From Candidatus Niyogibacteria bacterium (GTDB lineage: Bacteria > Patescibacteriota > Minisyncoccia > JACROR01): a DNA stretch of 63,463 bases. The stretch lies in assembly GCA_016186495.1 (NCBI GenBank), contig JACPLO010000004.1, forward strand, positions 1-63,463, read 5' to 3'. The first letter of the stretch is position 1; each line of letters opens with the position of its first letter. This document shows, one piece after another, positions 35,024 through 44,442 of this stretch. Made by a program: the position numbers and the translations under genes. The notes under the pieces were generated by a model. It saw only the letters and a program-made list of their open reading frames with translations, did no database searches and was not told where the DNA came from.

Positions 35024-36565
35024 ATGAAAAATAACAGGCGATATCTTTTTCGGATGATTATTCCGGCCATGGCTGATAATATTTTTACGCGAATGATAAA
35101 AAAAACCATCGCGCTTGGTCCGGTGATGGTCGCCACGGCGGTTAGCAAATTACCGGATTGGGACGCGGAGATTATTCATGAAGCAGGATCCCGAAAGCAA
35201 ATTCCCCGAAACGCCGAAGGTGAAATAGACCATTTTGCGCTTCAAAAAGAACGGCCGGCGGACGCGATCGGCCTTTATTGCGGAATTTCTTCCACGATGC
35301 CGCGGGCCTGGCAAATAGCGAAATTTTATCAAAAACAAAGAGTTTTAACCGTCGCCGGCGGACTGCATTCTCATTATGAACCTTTGGAATCGTTGAAAAA
35401 CGGAATAGACGCGGTTATCCATGGCGACGGCGAAGAGACCATTAAGCAGATTCTGCTTTATTTCCAGAATTTTCCAAAAGAAAGAAATTTTTCTAAAATT
35501 CAAAATGTTTCTTGTTTTGAAGGCCGAGGTATTTTTTTAAAATCTGATTTTACGCCAAATCCTCAAAAATACAGCGCGTTTTTAGATAATCTGCCTGATC
35601 CTGATTTTAGTTTGATCAGGGATTGTAAAATTAAAACTTATCCAATCGGCCGCATTCGCGGCTGCGGAATGAGATGCGAATTTTGCAGCGTTAAAGAAAA
35701 GGCCCGCTGGGCCTCTCCGGAAAGACTTTTTAAAACTGTTAGCCGATTAGTGAAGGTTAGAAGAGCTAAAAAATTTTTTTTAATTGATGATCGGATGGAA
35801 GAGGATAAAGAAGGATCAATGCGTTTTTTTGAGCTAGTCGGCAAGAAATACGGACGCAAACTTGATTTTACCGTTCAAATCCGTTTGGAAGCGGCTAAAG
35901 ATGAAGAATTGCTGGCGCTTTTGCGAAAAGCGGGCGTAAGAAGAGTTTGTATTGGCTACGAATCGCCGATTGACGAAGAGCTGAAAAAAATGAAAAAGGG
36001 GTATCGCAGCCGCGAAATGATTGAATGGACAAAGATTTATCATCATTATGATTTTTTCGTCCACGCGATGTTTATTTTTGGCTATCCGGGAATTGAGAGT
36101 CCGCTTTCCGCCGAAAAACGGATGGAAAGATTTAAAGAATTTATTTTCCAAAGCAAAGTGGACAGCATTCAGGTCTTAAAGCCGATTCCTTTAGTAGGAT
36201 CTTTATTGAGGGAACGGCTTAAAAGCGCAAATCGGCTTTTGCCTTTAGCAATCGTCCCTTGGGAAAAATATGACGGTAATCACGTTTGTTTTCTGCCCGA
36301 AGATATGAGTTTAAAAGAAATTCAAGAATATCCGACAAAGATAATGAAATGGTTTTATAACAGTTGGAGTTTTTGGCGGATCGGATTGCGGATTTTGATG
36401 CCTTTTGGTCTTTTGCGCGGTTGGCATTCTTGGTATCACGGTTGGTGGAACGATATTATCCGTTTTGGCGGCAGCCGGCTTTACAAGAAATGGAAGCGCC
36501 GAAATAATGAAATTCTCTATGTTAAAAACATTGAAGATTTTTTAAGCAGAAAGCGTGTTTTATAG
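35024..36565 (+). CDS. B12-binding-domain radical SAM protein
   Basis: AAGGAGG SD. N-terminal Rossmann/B12-like region (VAGGLHSHY), the CX3CX2C cluster motif GCGMRCEFCSV and a TIM-barrel-like core. Confidence 0.8.
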   Translation: MKNNRRYLFRMIIPAMADNIFTRMIKKTIALGPVMVATAVSKLPDWDAEIIHEAGSRKQIPRNAEGEIDHFALQKERPADAIGLYCGISSTMPRAWQIAKFYQKQRVLTVAGGLHSHYEPLESLKNGIDAVIHGDGEETIKQILLYFQNFPKERNFSKIQNVSCFEGRGIFLKSDFTPNPQKYSAFLDNLPDPDFSLIRDCKIKTYPIGRIRGCGMRCEFCSVKEKARWASPERLFKTVSRLVKVRRAKKFFLIDDRMEEDKEGSMRFFELVGKKYGRKLDFTVQIRLEAAKDEELLALLRKAGVRRVCIGYESPIDEELKKMKKGYRSREMIEWTKIYHHYDFFVHAMFIFGYPGIESPLSAEKRMERFKEFIFQSKVDSIQVLKPIPLVGSLLRERLKSANRLLPLAIVPWEKYDGNHVCFLPEDMSLKEIQEYPTKIMKWFYNSWSFWRIGLRILMPFGLLRGWHSWYHGWWNDIIRFGGSRLYKKWKRRNNEILYVKNIEDFLSRKRVL

Positions 36566-36572
36566 AATATAA

Positions 36573-36604
36573 CCCCGCACTTATATATAAGTGCGGGGAT
36601 TTTG
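36573..36604 (+). terminator. intrinsic terminator
   Basis: CCCCGCACTTATA/TATAAGTGCGGGG followed by ATTTTG. Confidence 0.7.
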
Positions 36605-36634
36605 CGTTAAAGATGTGATAGAATATATTAAATT

Positions 36635-38233
36635 ATGGTTAAAAAAATTTTGCGGCAAGAAATCAAAAAAGCGGTTAAAAAACTTTTTCAAAAAGAAATT
36701 GATTTTGATGTGTTCGCGGGCGATAAATTCGGCGATTACGCGAGCAACGCGGCGATGGTTTTAAAAACAGGAAATTCGGTTGAGGCGGCGAAGAAAATAA
36801 CGGAAGAATTAAAAAAATCAAAAAAATTCAGCCAATTTGTCGGAAAAATTGAAATCGCGAATCCGGGTTTTCTGAACTTTTGGCTTACGGATGAAATTTT
36901 ACGGGAAGAATTGAAAGAAATTTTAAAGAGAAAACAAAATTACGGCCGCTTAAGAATTGAAAACCGCAAGCTGAAAGCCGTCCAGGTAGAATTTATTTCC
37001 GCCAATCCGACCGGTCCTCTGACTTTGGCGAACGGCCGCGGCGGATTTATGGGAGATGTTTTGGCGAATATCCTGGAATTTCAGGGTTGGAAAATTGAGC
37101 GCGAATACTATGTCAACGACACCGGCAATCAGATTTTAACGCTTGGAAAATCCATTTTAGCCGCCAATAATTTGATCAAAGAAGATGAAAATTTTTATAA
37201 AGGCGGTTATGTCAAAGAATGGGCTAAAAAGCATAAAGCAATTTCCGGGAAATACCGGAATAATCCGTTAAAGCTCGGCCAGTCGGCGGCCGCGGATTTT
37301 TTAAAAGAAATAAAATCAGTCGTTAAAAAAGCAAAAATAAATTTTAACCGCTGGACTTCGGAGAATCGCCATATCCATAAAAAAAGTTTTATCGCTAAAG
37401 CTTTGAAAATTTTTAAAAAGAAAAAACTGGTTTATGAAAAAGACGGCGCTTTATGGCTGAAAACATCCGATTTTGGAGACGAAAAAGACAGAGTTTTGAT
37501 AACCCAAGACGGATTCCCGACTTATTTTCTGGCGGACGCCGGCCATTTTCTGGAAACAAAATCGCGCGGCTTTAATTCCAAAATTATGATTTTGGGGCCG
37601 GATCACTACGGCTATGTCCGGCGCGCCGCAGCCGCGGCAAAAATAATGGGAATTGAAAATTTTGAAGCAATCATCACCCAAGCGATGCGGCTGATGAGCA
37701 AAGGCCAAGAGATAAAAATGTCAAAAAGAAGCGGCGAGTTCATCACTTTCGGGGAATTGATAAAAGAAACCGGCGCGGATGCCGCCAGGTTTTTCTTTTT
37801 AATGCATTCGGCCCAAACCCATATGGATTTTGATTTGGATTTGGCTAAAGAGCGGTCAATGAAAAATCCGGTTTATTATGTCCAATACGCGGCTGTCAGA
37901 GCCCAAAGCATTTTACGAAAATCAAAAACTCAAAATCCAAAATCCAAAATAAATTTGAATTTATTAAACACGCCGCCAGATATGAATTTAATGCGGCAGT
38001 TGGCGCGATTTCCGGAAGCGGTCGGCGAAGCCGGCCAAAAACGCCAGCCCCAGATTTTGGCGCGATACGCTCTGGAATTTTCGCGGGAATTCCATAATTT
38101 TTACGAAAAAGAAAGAATTATCGGCGAGAAACCGGAAATTATGGCGGCGAGATCGGCTTTAATTCAAGCAACTTTGATAATTTTTAAAAATCTCTTCGCG
38201 CTTTTGGAAATTGATTTGCCGAAGAAGATGTAG
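36635..38233 (+). CDS. argS: arginine--tRNA ligase (HIGH motif degenerate)
   Basis: The FISANPTGPL block, GPDHYGY, KMSKRSGEFITF and the DALR anticodon-binding C-terminus (ILARYALEFSREFHNFYE) are present. The HIGH position reads TLAN. Confidence 0.88.
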   Translation: MVKKILRQEIKKAVKKLFQKEIDFDVFAGDKFGDYASNAAMVLKTGNSVEAAKKITEELKKSKKFSQFVGKIEIANPGFLNFWLTDEILREELKEILKRKQNYGRLRIENRKLKAVQVEFISANPTGPLTLANGRGGFMGDVLANILEFQGWKIEREYYVNDTGNQILTLGKSILAANNLIKEDENFYKGGYVKEWAKKHKAISGKYRNNPLKLGQSAAADFLKEIKSVVKKAKINFNRWTSENRHIHKKSFIAKALKIFKKKKLVYEKDGALWLKTSDFGDEKDRVLITQDGFPTYFLADAGHFLETKSRGFNSKIMILGPDHYGYVRRAAAAAKIMGIENFEAIITQAMRLMSKGQEIKMSKRSGEFITFGELIKETGADAARFFFLMHSAQTHMDFDLDLAKERSMKNPVYYVQYAAVRAQSILRKSKTQNPKSKINLNLLNTPPDMNLMRQLARFPEAVGEAGQKRQPQILARYALEFSREFHNFYEKERIIGEKPEIMAARSALIQATLIIFKNLFALLEIDLPKKM

Positions 38234-38265
38234 AAATTCAATTTTTTTCTTGCTAAAATATCAAA

Positions 38266-41200
38266 ATGCGGCAACCGGAAAATCAGAAAAATTTTAGTTT
38301 GCAAAATTTAAGCGGGAAAGTTTCAGAATCCGAAGAAAAAATCCTGAAATTCTGGCAGGAAAACAAAATTTTTGAGAAATCCGTTGAAAAGCCCGCCGGT
38401 GAAAAGCCGAAAGGCGATTTTATTTTTTATGACGGCCCGCCTTTTGCCACGGGCCTGCCTCATTACGGCCATATTCTGGCGAGCATTATCAAAGACGCGG
38501 TGCCGCGCTATAAAACCATGAACGGCTGGCGGGTGCCGCGGCGCTGGGGCTGGGATTGCCATGGTTTGCCGGTTGAAAATCTGATTGAAAAAGAACTTAA
38601 ATTGGAGACCAAAAAAGAGATTGAAAAATTCGGTTTGGAAAAATTCAATCAAGCGGCTAAAGAGAGCGTGCTTCGCTACGCCGATGAATGGAAAAAAATC
38701 ATTCCGCGCGTCGGCCGCTGGGTGGATATGGAAAATGATTACCGCACCATGGACGCTGATTACACGGAGTCGGTCTGGTGGGTTTTTAAGGCGCTTTACG
38801 ATAAAGGTTTGATTTATGAAGGATATAAACCGATGCATATTTGTCCGCGCTGCGAAACAACGCTGGCTAATTTTGAAGTGGCGCAGGGATATAAGGATGC
38901 GGCGGATATTTCGGTAACGGTGAAATTTAAGTTAAAAAATCCTGGCTTACTTTCTATTACAAAAAATGCGAATACAAATATCTATTTTTTAGCCTGGACG
39001 ACGACACCGTGGACTCTACCAGGTAATGTGGCTCTCGCTGTCGGTAACGATGTCAAATATCTTGTGTTGGTTAAAGATTCAGAAATAGTTATTGTTTCAG
39101 AACAGGCTTATAATAGAGGTGGTTTTGACGGTTTCTATATTCAAATACCAGTAGGAAAGACAGTATTAAAGGGTAGTGATCTTATTGGTTTGGAATATGA
39201 ACCACTTTTTGATTACTATTCAAAAGATAAAAATTTAGAGAATTATAAAAATGGCTGGAAAATTTACGGCGCGGATTTTGTTTCGGTTGAGGAAGGTACC
39301 GGCATTGTGCATATCGCGCCTGCCTTCGGCGAGGACGATATGGAATTGGGCAAAAAAGAAAATTTGCCGTTTATTCAACATGTAAGCATGGACGGTAAAT
39401 TTAAACCGGAAGTAAAAGATTTTGCCGGATTGTCCGTAAAGCCGAAAGATAATCCGCAAGCGGCTGATATTGAAATTATCAAGTGGCTTGCCAAAGAGAA
39501 TAAACTTTTCAGCAAACAAAAAATTACCCATTCTTATCCGCATTGCTGGCGGTGCGAAACGCCGCTTTTGAATTATGCCGCCTCTTCCTGGTTCGTGAAA
39601 GTAACGGCGATTAAAGAAGAACTTTTGAAAAATAACCGGAAAATCAACTGGATTCCGGAACATTTGCGCGAGGGGAGATTCGGCAAATGGCTGGAAGGGG
39701 CGCGGGATTGGGCGATTTCCCGAAGCAGATTTTGGGGAGCGCCGATTCCGGTCTGGCGTTGCCAATGCGGCGAAACTAAAGTAATCGGTTCGGCAGCGGA
39801 GCTGAAAAAAAATTCCGGTCAGTCCGGCAATAAATATTTCGTGATGCGGCACGGCGAAGCCGAACACAATGTTCTTAATCTGGCGAACAGCAAAATTGAA
39901 AATAATCATTTTGCTCTTACCGAAAAAGGAAGAAAAGAGGCGGCCCGCGCCGCGGAAAAGCTGAAAGAAAAAAATATCAGCCTGATTTTTTCTTCGGATT
40001 TTCTTCGGACTAAAGAAACAGCGGAAATTGCCGCAGCGGCGCTGGGCTTGGAAAAAGAAAAAATAATTTTTGACGAAAGGCTGCGCGAGGTCAAAGTGGG
40101 AATTTTTAACGGCCGCCCGGCCGCCGAATATCACGCTTATTTTTCTTCGCTAAAGGAAAAATTCACGAAAAACCCGCCGGAAGGCGAAAATTTAACGGAG
40201 TTGAAAAACCGCATAACCGGATTTTTATATGATTTAGACAAGAAATACCGCGGCAAAAATATTTTGATCGTCAGCCATGAGTATCCGATTTGGATGCTCT
40301 TTGCCGGAGCGGAGGGTGCGGATACATCGCGCGCGCTTGCCATGAAAGAGGATAAGGATGATTTTCTGCGCTATGCCGAAGTTCAAGGATTAGATTTTTA
40401 TTCTTTACCCCACAATCAAAACTACGAATTGGATTTTCACCGGCCATTTATTGACGAGATGGAATTTGAATGCGGCTGCGGCGGAAAAATGCGCCGGATT
40501 TCCGAAGTTTTTGACTGCTGGTTTGAATCCGGGTCAATGCCTTATGGCCAGAAGCATTATCCTTTTGAACATAAAGAAGAATTTAAGAAAAATTTTCCGG
40601 CGGAGTTCATTGCCGAGGGCGTGGATCAGACGCGCGGCTGGTTTTATAATCTTTTGGTCCTTTCCACCGCGCTTTTCGGAAAAGCGGCTTTTAAAAATGT
40701 GGTGGCGAACGGCATTATTCTGGCGGAAGACGGCCAAAAAATGTCCAAACGATTGAAAAACTATCCCGATCCGATGGAAGTCATTGAAAAATACGGCGCC
40801 GATTCTTTGCGTTTTTATCTTTTGTCTTCGCCGGCGGTGCGCGGCGAATCTCTTAATTTTTCTGAGAAAGGAGTGGACGAAATCCATAAAAAAGTAATTA
40901 TGCGGCTGTGGAACAGTTATCAATTTTATGAACTTTACGCCGGTAAAAATTTGAAATTTAATCTATCGGCCGGCGGAAAAAAATTAAAATTAAATAATAT
41001 CTTGGATAAATGGATTATCGCGCGGCTTGGCCAATTAATCGTCGAAGTTTCCGAAGCAATGGATAAATATGAGCTTGATCGGGCAACGCGGCCGATCGGA
41101 GATTTTGTTGATGATTTATCAACTTGGTATATTCGCCGTTCAAGAGACAGATTTAAAGCGGAAAGAAAAGATAAAAATAACGCTATTGCAACGACAAAAT

Positions 41201-41838
41201 TTGTTTTGTCGGAATTTTCAAAAATTATCGCGCCGTTCGCGCCGTTTCTGGCGGAAATGATTTATCAAAATCTCGGCAATAAAAACTCGGTGCATCTTGA
41301 AAGTTTCCCAAAAATTGATAAAAAAATGACTGATAAAAAATTACTTGAAATAATGGCGGAAACGCGGAAAATTTGTTCATTTGGATTGGAAGCGCGGGCA
41401 AAAGCGGGGATTAAGGTCAGGCAGCCATTACAAAAGTTAAAAGTTAAAAGTTTAAAGTTAAAAGTTAAGAAAGAATTTTTAGATTTAATCAAAGACGAAA
41501 TAAATGTTAAGAACATTGTTTTTGACGCAAAAATTAAAAATGAAATAGAGTTGGATATGCTTATCACTTTGGCGCTTAAAGAAGAGGGGATGATTCGGGA
41601 ATTGACGCGTAAAATTCAAGAGACGCGGAAAAAGGCGGGACTCGCGCCGCGGGATAAAATTGAAATGATTATTTTTGCCGGCGCGGGCGTCAAAAAAATT
41701 ATTAAAAAACACCAAAAGACTTTTCAAAAAAATATCTCCGCGCGTTCCCTGGAATTTGGCGCGATCAAGAAAAATTATTTCAAAGAAGAGCTGGCGTTGG
41801 ACAACGAAAAAATTATTTTAGGCCTTAAGGAATTATAA
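38266..41838 (+). CDS. ileS: isoleucine--tRNA ligase with inserted histidine-phosphatase-like domain
   Basis: PPFATGLPHYGHIL (HIGH), the CP1 editing blocks WTTTPWTLPGN, KMSKRLKN and an anticodon-binding domain. About 200 extra aa (39829..40431) carry RHG / SSDFLRTKETA / VSHE motifs. Confidence 0.92.
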   Translation: MRQPENQKNFSLQNLSGKVSESEEKILKFWQENKIFEKSVEKPAGEKPKGDFIFYDGPPFATGLPHYGHILASIIKDAVPRYKTMNGWRVPRRWGWDCHGLPVENLIEKELKLETKKEIEKFGLEKFNQAAKESVLRYADEWKKIIPRVGRWVDMENDYRTMDADYTESVWWVFKALYDKGLIYEGYKPMHICPRCETTLANFEVAQGYKDAADISVTVKFKLKNPGLLSITKNANTNIYFLAWTTTPWTLPGNVALAVGNDVKYLVLVKDSEIVIVSEQAYNRGGFDGFYIQIPVGKTVLKGSDLIGLEYEPLFDYYSKDKNLENYKNGWKIYGADFVSVEEGTGIVHIAPAFGEDDMELGKKENLPFIQHVSMDGKFKPEVKDFAGLSVKPKDNPQAADIEIIKWLAKENKLFSKQKITHSYPHCWRCETPLLNYAASSWFVKVTAIKEELLKNNRKINWIPEHLREGRFGKWLEGARDWAISRSRFWGAPIPVWRCQCGETKVIGSAAELKKNSGQSGNKYFVMRHGEAEHNVLNLANSKIENNHFALTEKGRKEAARAAEKLKEKNISLIFSSDFLRTKETAEIAAAALGLEKEKIIFDERLREVKVGIFNGRPAAEYHAYFSSLKEKFTKNPPEGENLTELKNRITGFLYDLDKKYRGKNILIVSHEYPIWMLFAGAEGADTSRALAMKEDKDDFLRYAEVQGLDFYSLPHNQNYELDFHRPFIDEMEFECGCGGKMRRISEVFDCWFESGSMPYGQKHYPFEHKEEFKKNFPAEFIAEGVDQTRGWFYNLLVLSTALFGKAAFKNVVANGIILAEDGQKMSKRLKNYPDPMEVIEKYGADSLRFYLLSSPAVRGESLNFSEKGVDEIHKKVIMRLWNSYQFYELYAGKNLKFNLSAGGKKLKLNNILDKWIIARLGQLIVEVSEAMDKYELDRATRPIGDFVDDLSTWYIRRSRDRFKAERKDKNNAIATTKFVLSEFSKIIAPFAPFLAEMIYQNLGNKNSVHLESFPKIDKKMTDKKLLEIMAETRKICSFGLEARAKAGIKVRQPLQKLKVKSLKLKVKKEFLDLIKDEINVKNIVFDAKIKNEIELDMLITLALKEEGMIRELTRKIQETRKKAGLAPRDKIEMIIFAGAGVKKIIKKHQKTFQKNISARSLEFGAIKKNYFKEELALDNEKIILGLKEL

Positions 41839-41959
41839 TTTAAAAAAGCCGCGCTGGCGGAATTTGAAAACCATTGTTATAATTAAATGAGCGAGAGCAA
41901 TGAAAAATTAATTTTTTCATTGCCGAGCGAAAGCAAATTATACGTAGTATAATTATGAA

Positions 41960-42529
41960 ATGGCCAGCATTTACAAGACCGAAGGCGTAATTTTAGGGCA
42001 AAGCGAAATCGGAGAAGCGGATAAACTTTTGATTGTTTACAGCCGAGATTTCGGCAAAATAAAAATTTTTGCCAAAAGCGTCCGTCTTTTGCGGTCAAAA
42101 CTCAAAGGGCATTTGAATACCGGCGCTTATCTGCGGCTGATGTTCGTTCAAGGCGCGGATAAATTACGCTTAATTGACGCCCAAGAGTTTGAATTAAACG
42201 ATTATCCTGTTTTTAGCCGTTCTCTGTTTTTTCCCACTTTTTCTTTTTTAAACAGAATAATTCAAGGGAGTGAAAAAGATGAAGCGGTTTGGTTTTTATT
42301 TTTGCGATTTCTGGAAAGAGGGCCTATTTTTGAAAATGTCGCGGCGGCCCGAAAAATTTTCGCGGCGCGCCTTTTGCACCGGCTCGGCTATGTGGATGAA
42401 AATCATTACCCGGAATTAAGAGAAATCATAAAAAACGAGAAAAGGTGGAATTTTAACATTTTTGAAAAACAAGCGTCCGTTAAAATGGACACCCTGATTG
42501 AAACGGGGATTAAAGCCAGCCATCTTTAA
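41960..42529 (+). CDS. recO: DNA repair protein RecO (short form)
   Basis: YKTEGVILGQSEIGEADKLLIVYSRDFGKIKIFAKSVR is an OB-fold N-terminus typical of RecO. Confidence 0.75.
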   Translation: MASIYKTEGVILGQSEIGEADKLLIVYSRDFGKIKIFAKSVRLLRSKLKGHLNTGAYLRLMFVQGADKLRLIDAQEFELNDYPVFSRSLFFPTFSFLNRIIQGSEKDEAVWFLFLRFLERGPIFENVAAARKIFAARLLHRLGYVDENHYPELREIIKNEKRWNFNIFEKQASVKMDTLIETGIKASHL

Positions 42530-44427
42530 TGACCGAAATTCTTAAAAAATTAGAAGAAAAGCTTTACGGGCAGGATAAGAATTTAGAATCCAGATTTAAA
42601 AAAAATACTCTGGAAGAATTAAAAACATCCGTTGCTGAAGAAAAAATTGAAGGAGAATGGAGAGAATCAATGGGAAAAAAGCCGAGAAAAATATCTTTTA
42701 TGGTTAAACTGATCGCGGGGTTGGTTATTTTCGCGGTGGCTATCGTTGCCGCGGCGATTATTTATCTTTTTGGAGGATTCGGAACGATTTCTTCCAATCA
42801 AGTTGATTTTAAAATAAACAGCCCGTTGAGTTTAAGCGGCGGCGAAAAAGCAGTTTGGCGCGTGGCGCTTGAAAATAAAAATGACGCGGCGTTGGAGGAT
42901 GTAGAGATTATTTTTGAATATCCGGCCGGTTCTCAGCCTGCCGGCCAATCCGCTCCTTCCAGCGGCGTTTTTACGGAAAGAAGAAGCCTGGGAAAAGTTT
43001 ATCCGTTAGAACAGATTAATGAAACGTTTGAAGCGTTTGTTTTCGGCGAGGAGAAGAGCCGCCAGCGCGTTGCCGCGGTTCTGGAATATCGCGTCCAGGG
43101 CTCTAACGCTATTTTAGCCAAAGAAACTTTTCTGGAATCAGAACTGATCAAATCGCCGGTTGGCGTAACCATAAATCTGCCCGAACATATCAACATCGGC
43201 CGGGAAATCCAATTGGAAATCATTTATTCTTCCAATGCCCGGGAAAAAATAAACGATCTGGTGGTTCAGGCGGCTTATCCCGAAGGTTTTGAATTTATTT
43301 CCGCTGCGCCGGAACCTTCGTTTTCCAATAACATCTGGGAAATAAAAAGTTTGGCGCTTCAAGGCCAGGGGTCCATCCGCGTCAAAGGAAAAATTAAAGG
43401 AGAAAATCTTGAAAATAAAATTTTTAAATCATCGGCCGGCATCAGGGATATTAAAGGCGGTTTAATTGTCTATGGAGCGGGTACGGCCAGCGCAGTTTTG
43501 AGAAAGCCTTTTTTAGATTTGGCGGTTAAAATAAACGGCCAGGAAAATTACACCGCTTCTTTCGGCGGCCAGCTGGATATTACTGTTTTTTGGAAAAATA
43601 ACTTGCCCGCGAGCGTAAAAAACGCCGTTTTGGAAGTCAAACTGGACGGCGCGGTTTTGGATTATTCAAAAATTTCGGTGAACCGGGGATTTTATAGAAG
43701 CGGCGACCGCACTGTTATTTGGAATGCTTCATCTGATTCTGATTTTGCTTTGCTTGAGCCGGAACAGGAAGGAGAAGCCAGTTTTAAAATTAATATTTTG
43801 CCGGCTCCGCCGGCCGAGGCCGCTAACAACTTTAATTTTAAGGCGCGTTTTGACGCCCATATGTATACTGAACAACGGCCAGCCGGATTTGAAGGAGTGG
43901 ATATTGACGGCCGATTTTCCCTTGAATCAAAAATCGCTTCCGATCTTCAGCTTTCCCGGCAGGGTTATTTTTATTCCTCGCTGATTCCAAATTCCGGCCC
44001 TTTGCCGCCCCGCGCCAACCGGAAAACCACTTACGCCGTTGTCTGGTCTTTGGCTAATTCTTCAAATAATCTTAAAAATGTCAAAGTTTACGCTTCCTTG
44101 CCTTCTTACATAAGCTGGGAGGGAAATTTTTTGCCTTTGGATGAAGATATTTCTTATGATAAAGTTAATGGCCGGGTGATTTGGCAAGTGGGTGATTTGG
44201 CGGCCGGAACAGGCATTTCCCGGTCGGCCGTTGAAGCGGCTTTTCAAATTGGAATCACGCCTTCTTTGGCTCAAGTCGGAGCTTCTCCGGTTTTGATTTC
44301 CGAAGCGATAGCTGAAGGGGAGGATGAGTTTGTCGGTTTGGTTGTCAGAGACGCGAAGAACGCCCTGACGACCCGGCTTTTAACCGATCCGCAGATAAAA
44401 GATAATGAATATGAAGTGGCGCCATAA
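42529..44427 (+). CDS. membrane-anchored protein with repeated Ig-like/beta-sandwich ectodomains
   Basis: Coiled N-terminus and one TM (LIAGLVIFAVAIVAAAIIYLF). About 540 aa of repeated beta-rich modules follow. No catalytic motifs. Confidence 0.6.
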   Translation: MTEILKKLEEKLYGQDKNLESRFKKNTLEELKTSVAEEKIEGEWRESMGKKPRKISFMVKLIAGLVIFAVAIVAAAIIYLFGGFGTISSNQVDFKINSPLSLSGGEKAVWRVALENKNDAALEDVEIIFEYPAGSQPAGQSAPSSGVFTERRSLGKVYPLEQINETFEAFVFGEEKSRQRVAAVLEYRVQGSNAILAKETFLESELIKSPVGVTINLPEHINIGREIQLEIIYSSNAREKINDLVVQAAYPEGFEFISAAPEPSFSNNIWEIKSLALQGQGSIRVKGKIKGENLENKIFKSSAGIRDIKGGLIVYGAGTASAVLRKPFLDLAVKINGQENYTASFGGQLDITVFWKNNLPASVKNAVLEVKLDGAVLDYSKISVNRGFYRSGDRTVIWNASSDSDFALLEPEQEGEASFKINILPAPPAEAANNFNFKARFDAHMYTEQRPAGFEGVDIDGRFSLESKIASDLQLSRQGYFYSSLIPNSGPLPPRANRKTTYAVVWSLANSSNNLKNVKVYASLPSYISWEGNFLPLDEDISYDKVNGRVIWQVGDLAAGTGISRSAVEAAFQIGITPSLAQVGASPVLISEAIAEGEDEFVGLVVRDAKNALTTRLLTDPQIKDNEYEVAP

Positions 44428-44442
44428 AAATGTGAAATTAAA

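Noticed and set aside
39235-40134. 299-aa antisense ORF inside ileS (and others at 38323..38838 and 40534..40923)
   Set aside because: They are antisense to a strongly supported ileS frame. The Phe/Arg/Ile-rich composition is typical of the reverse complement of Lys/Glu-rich coding sequence.
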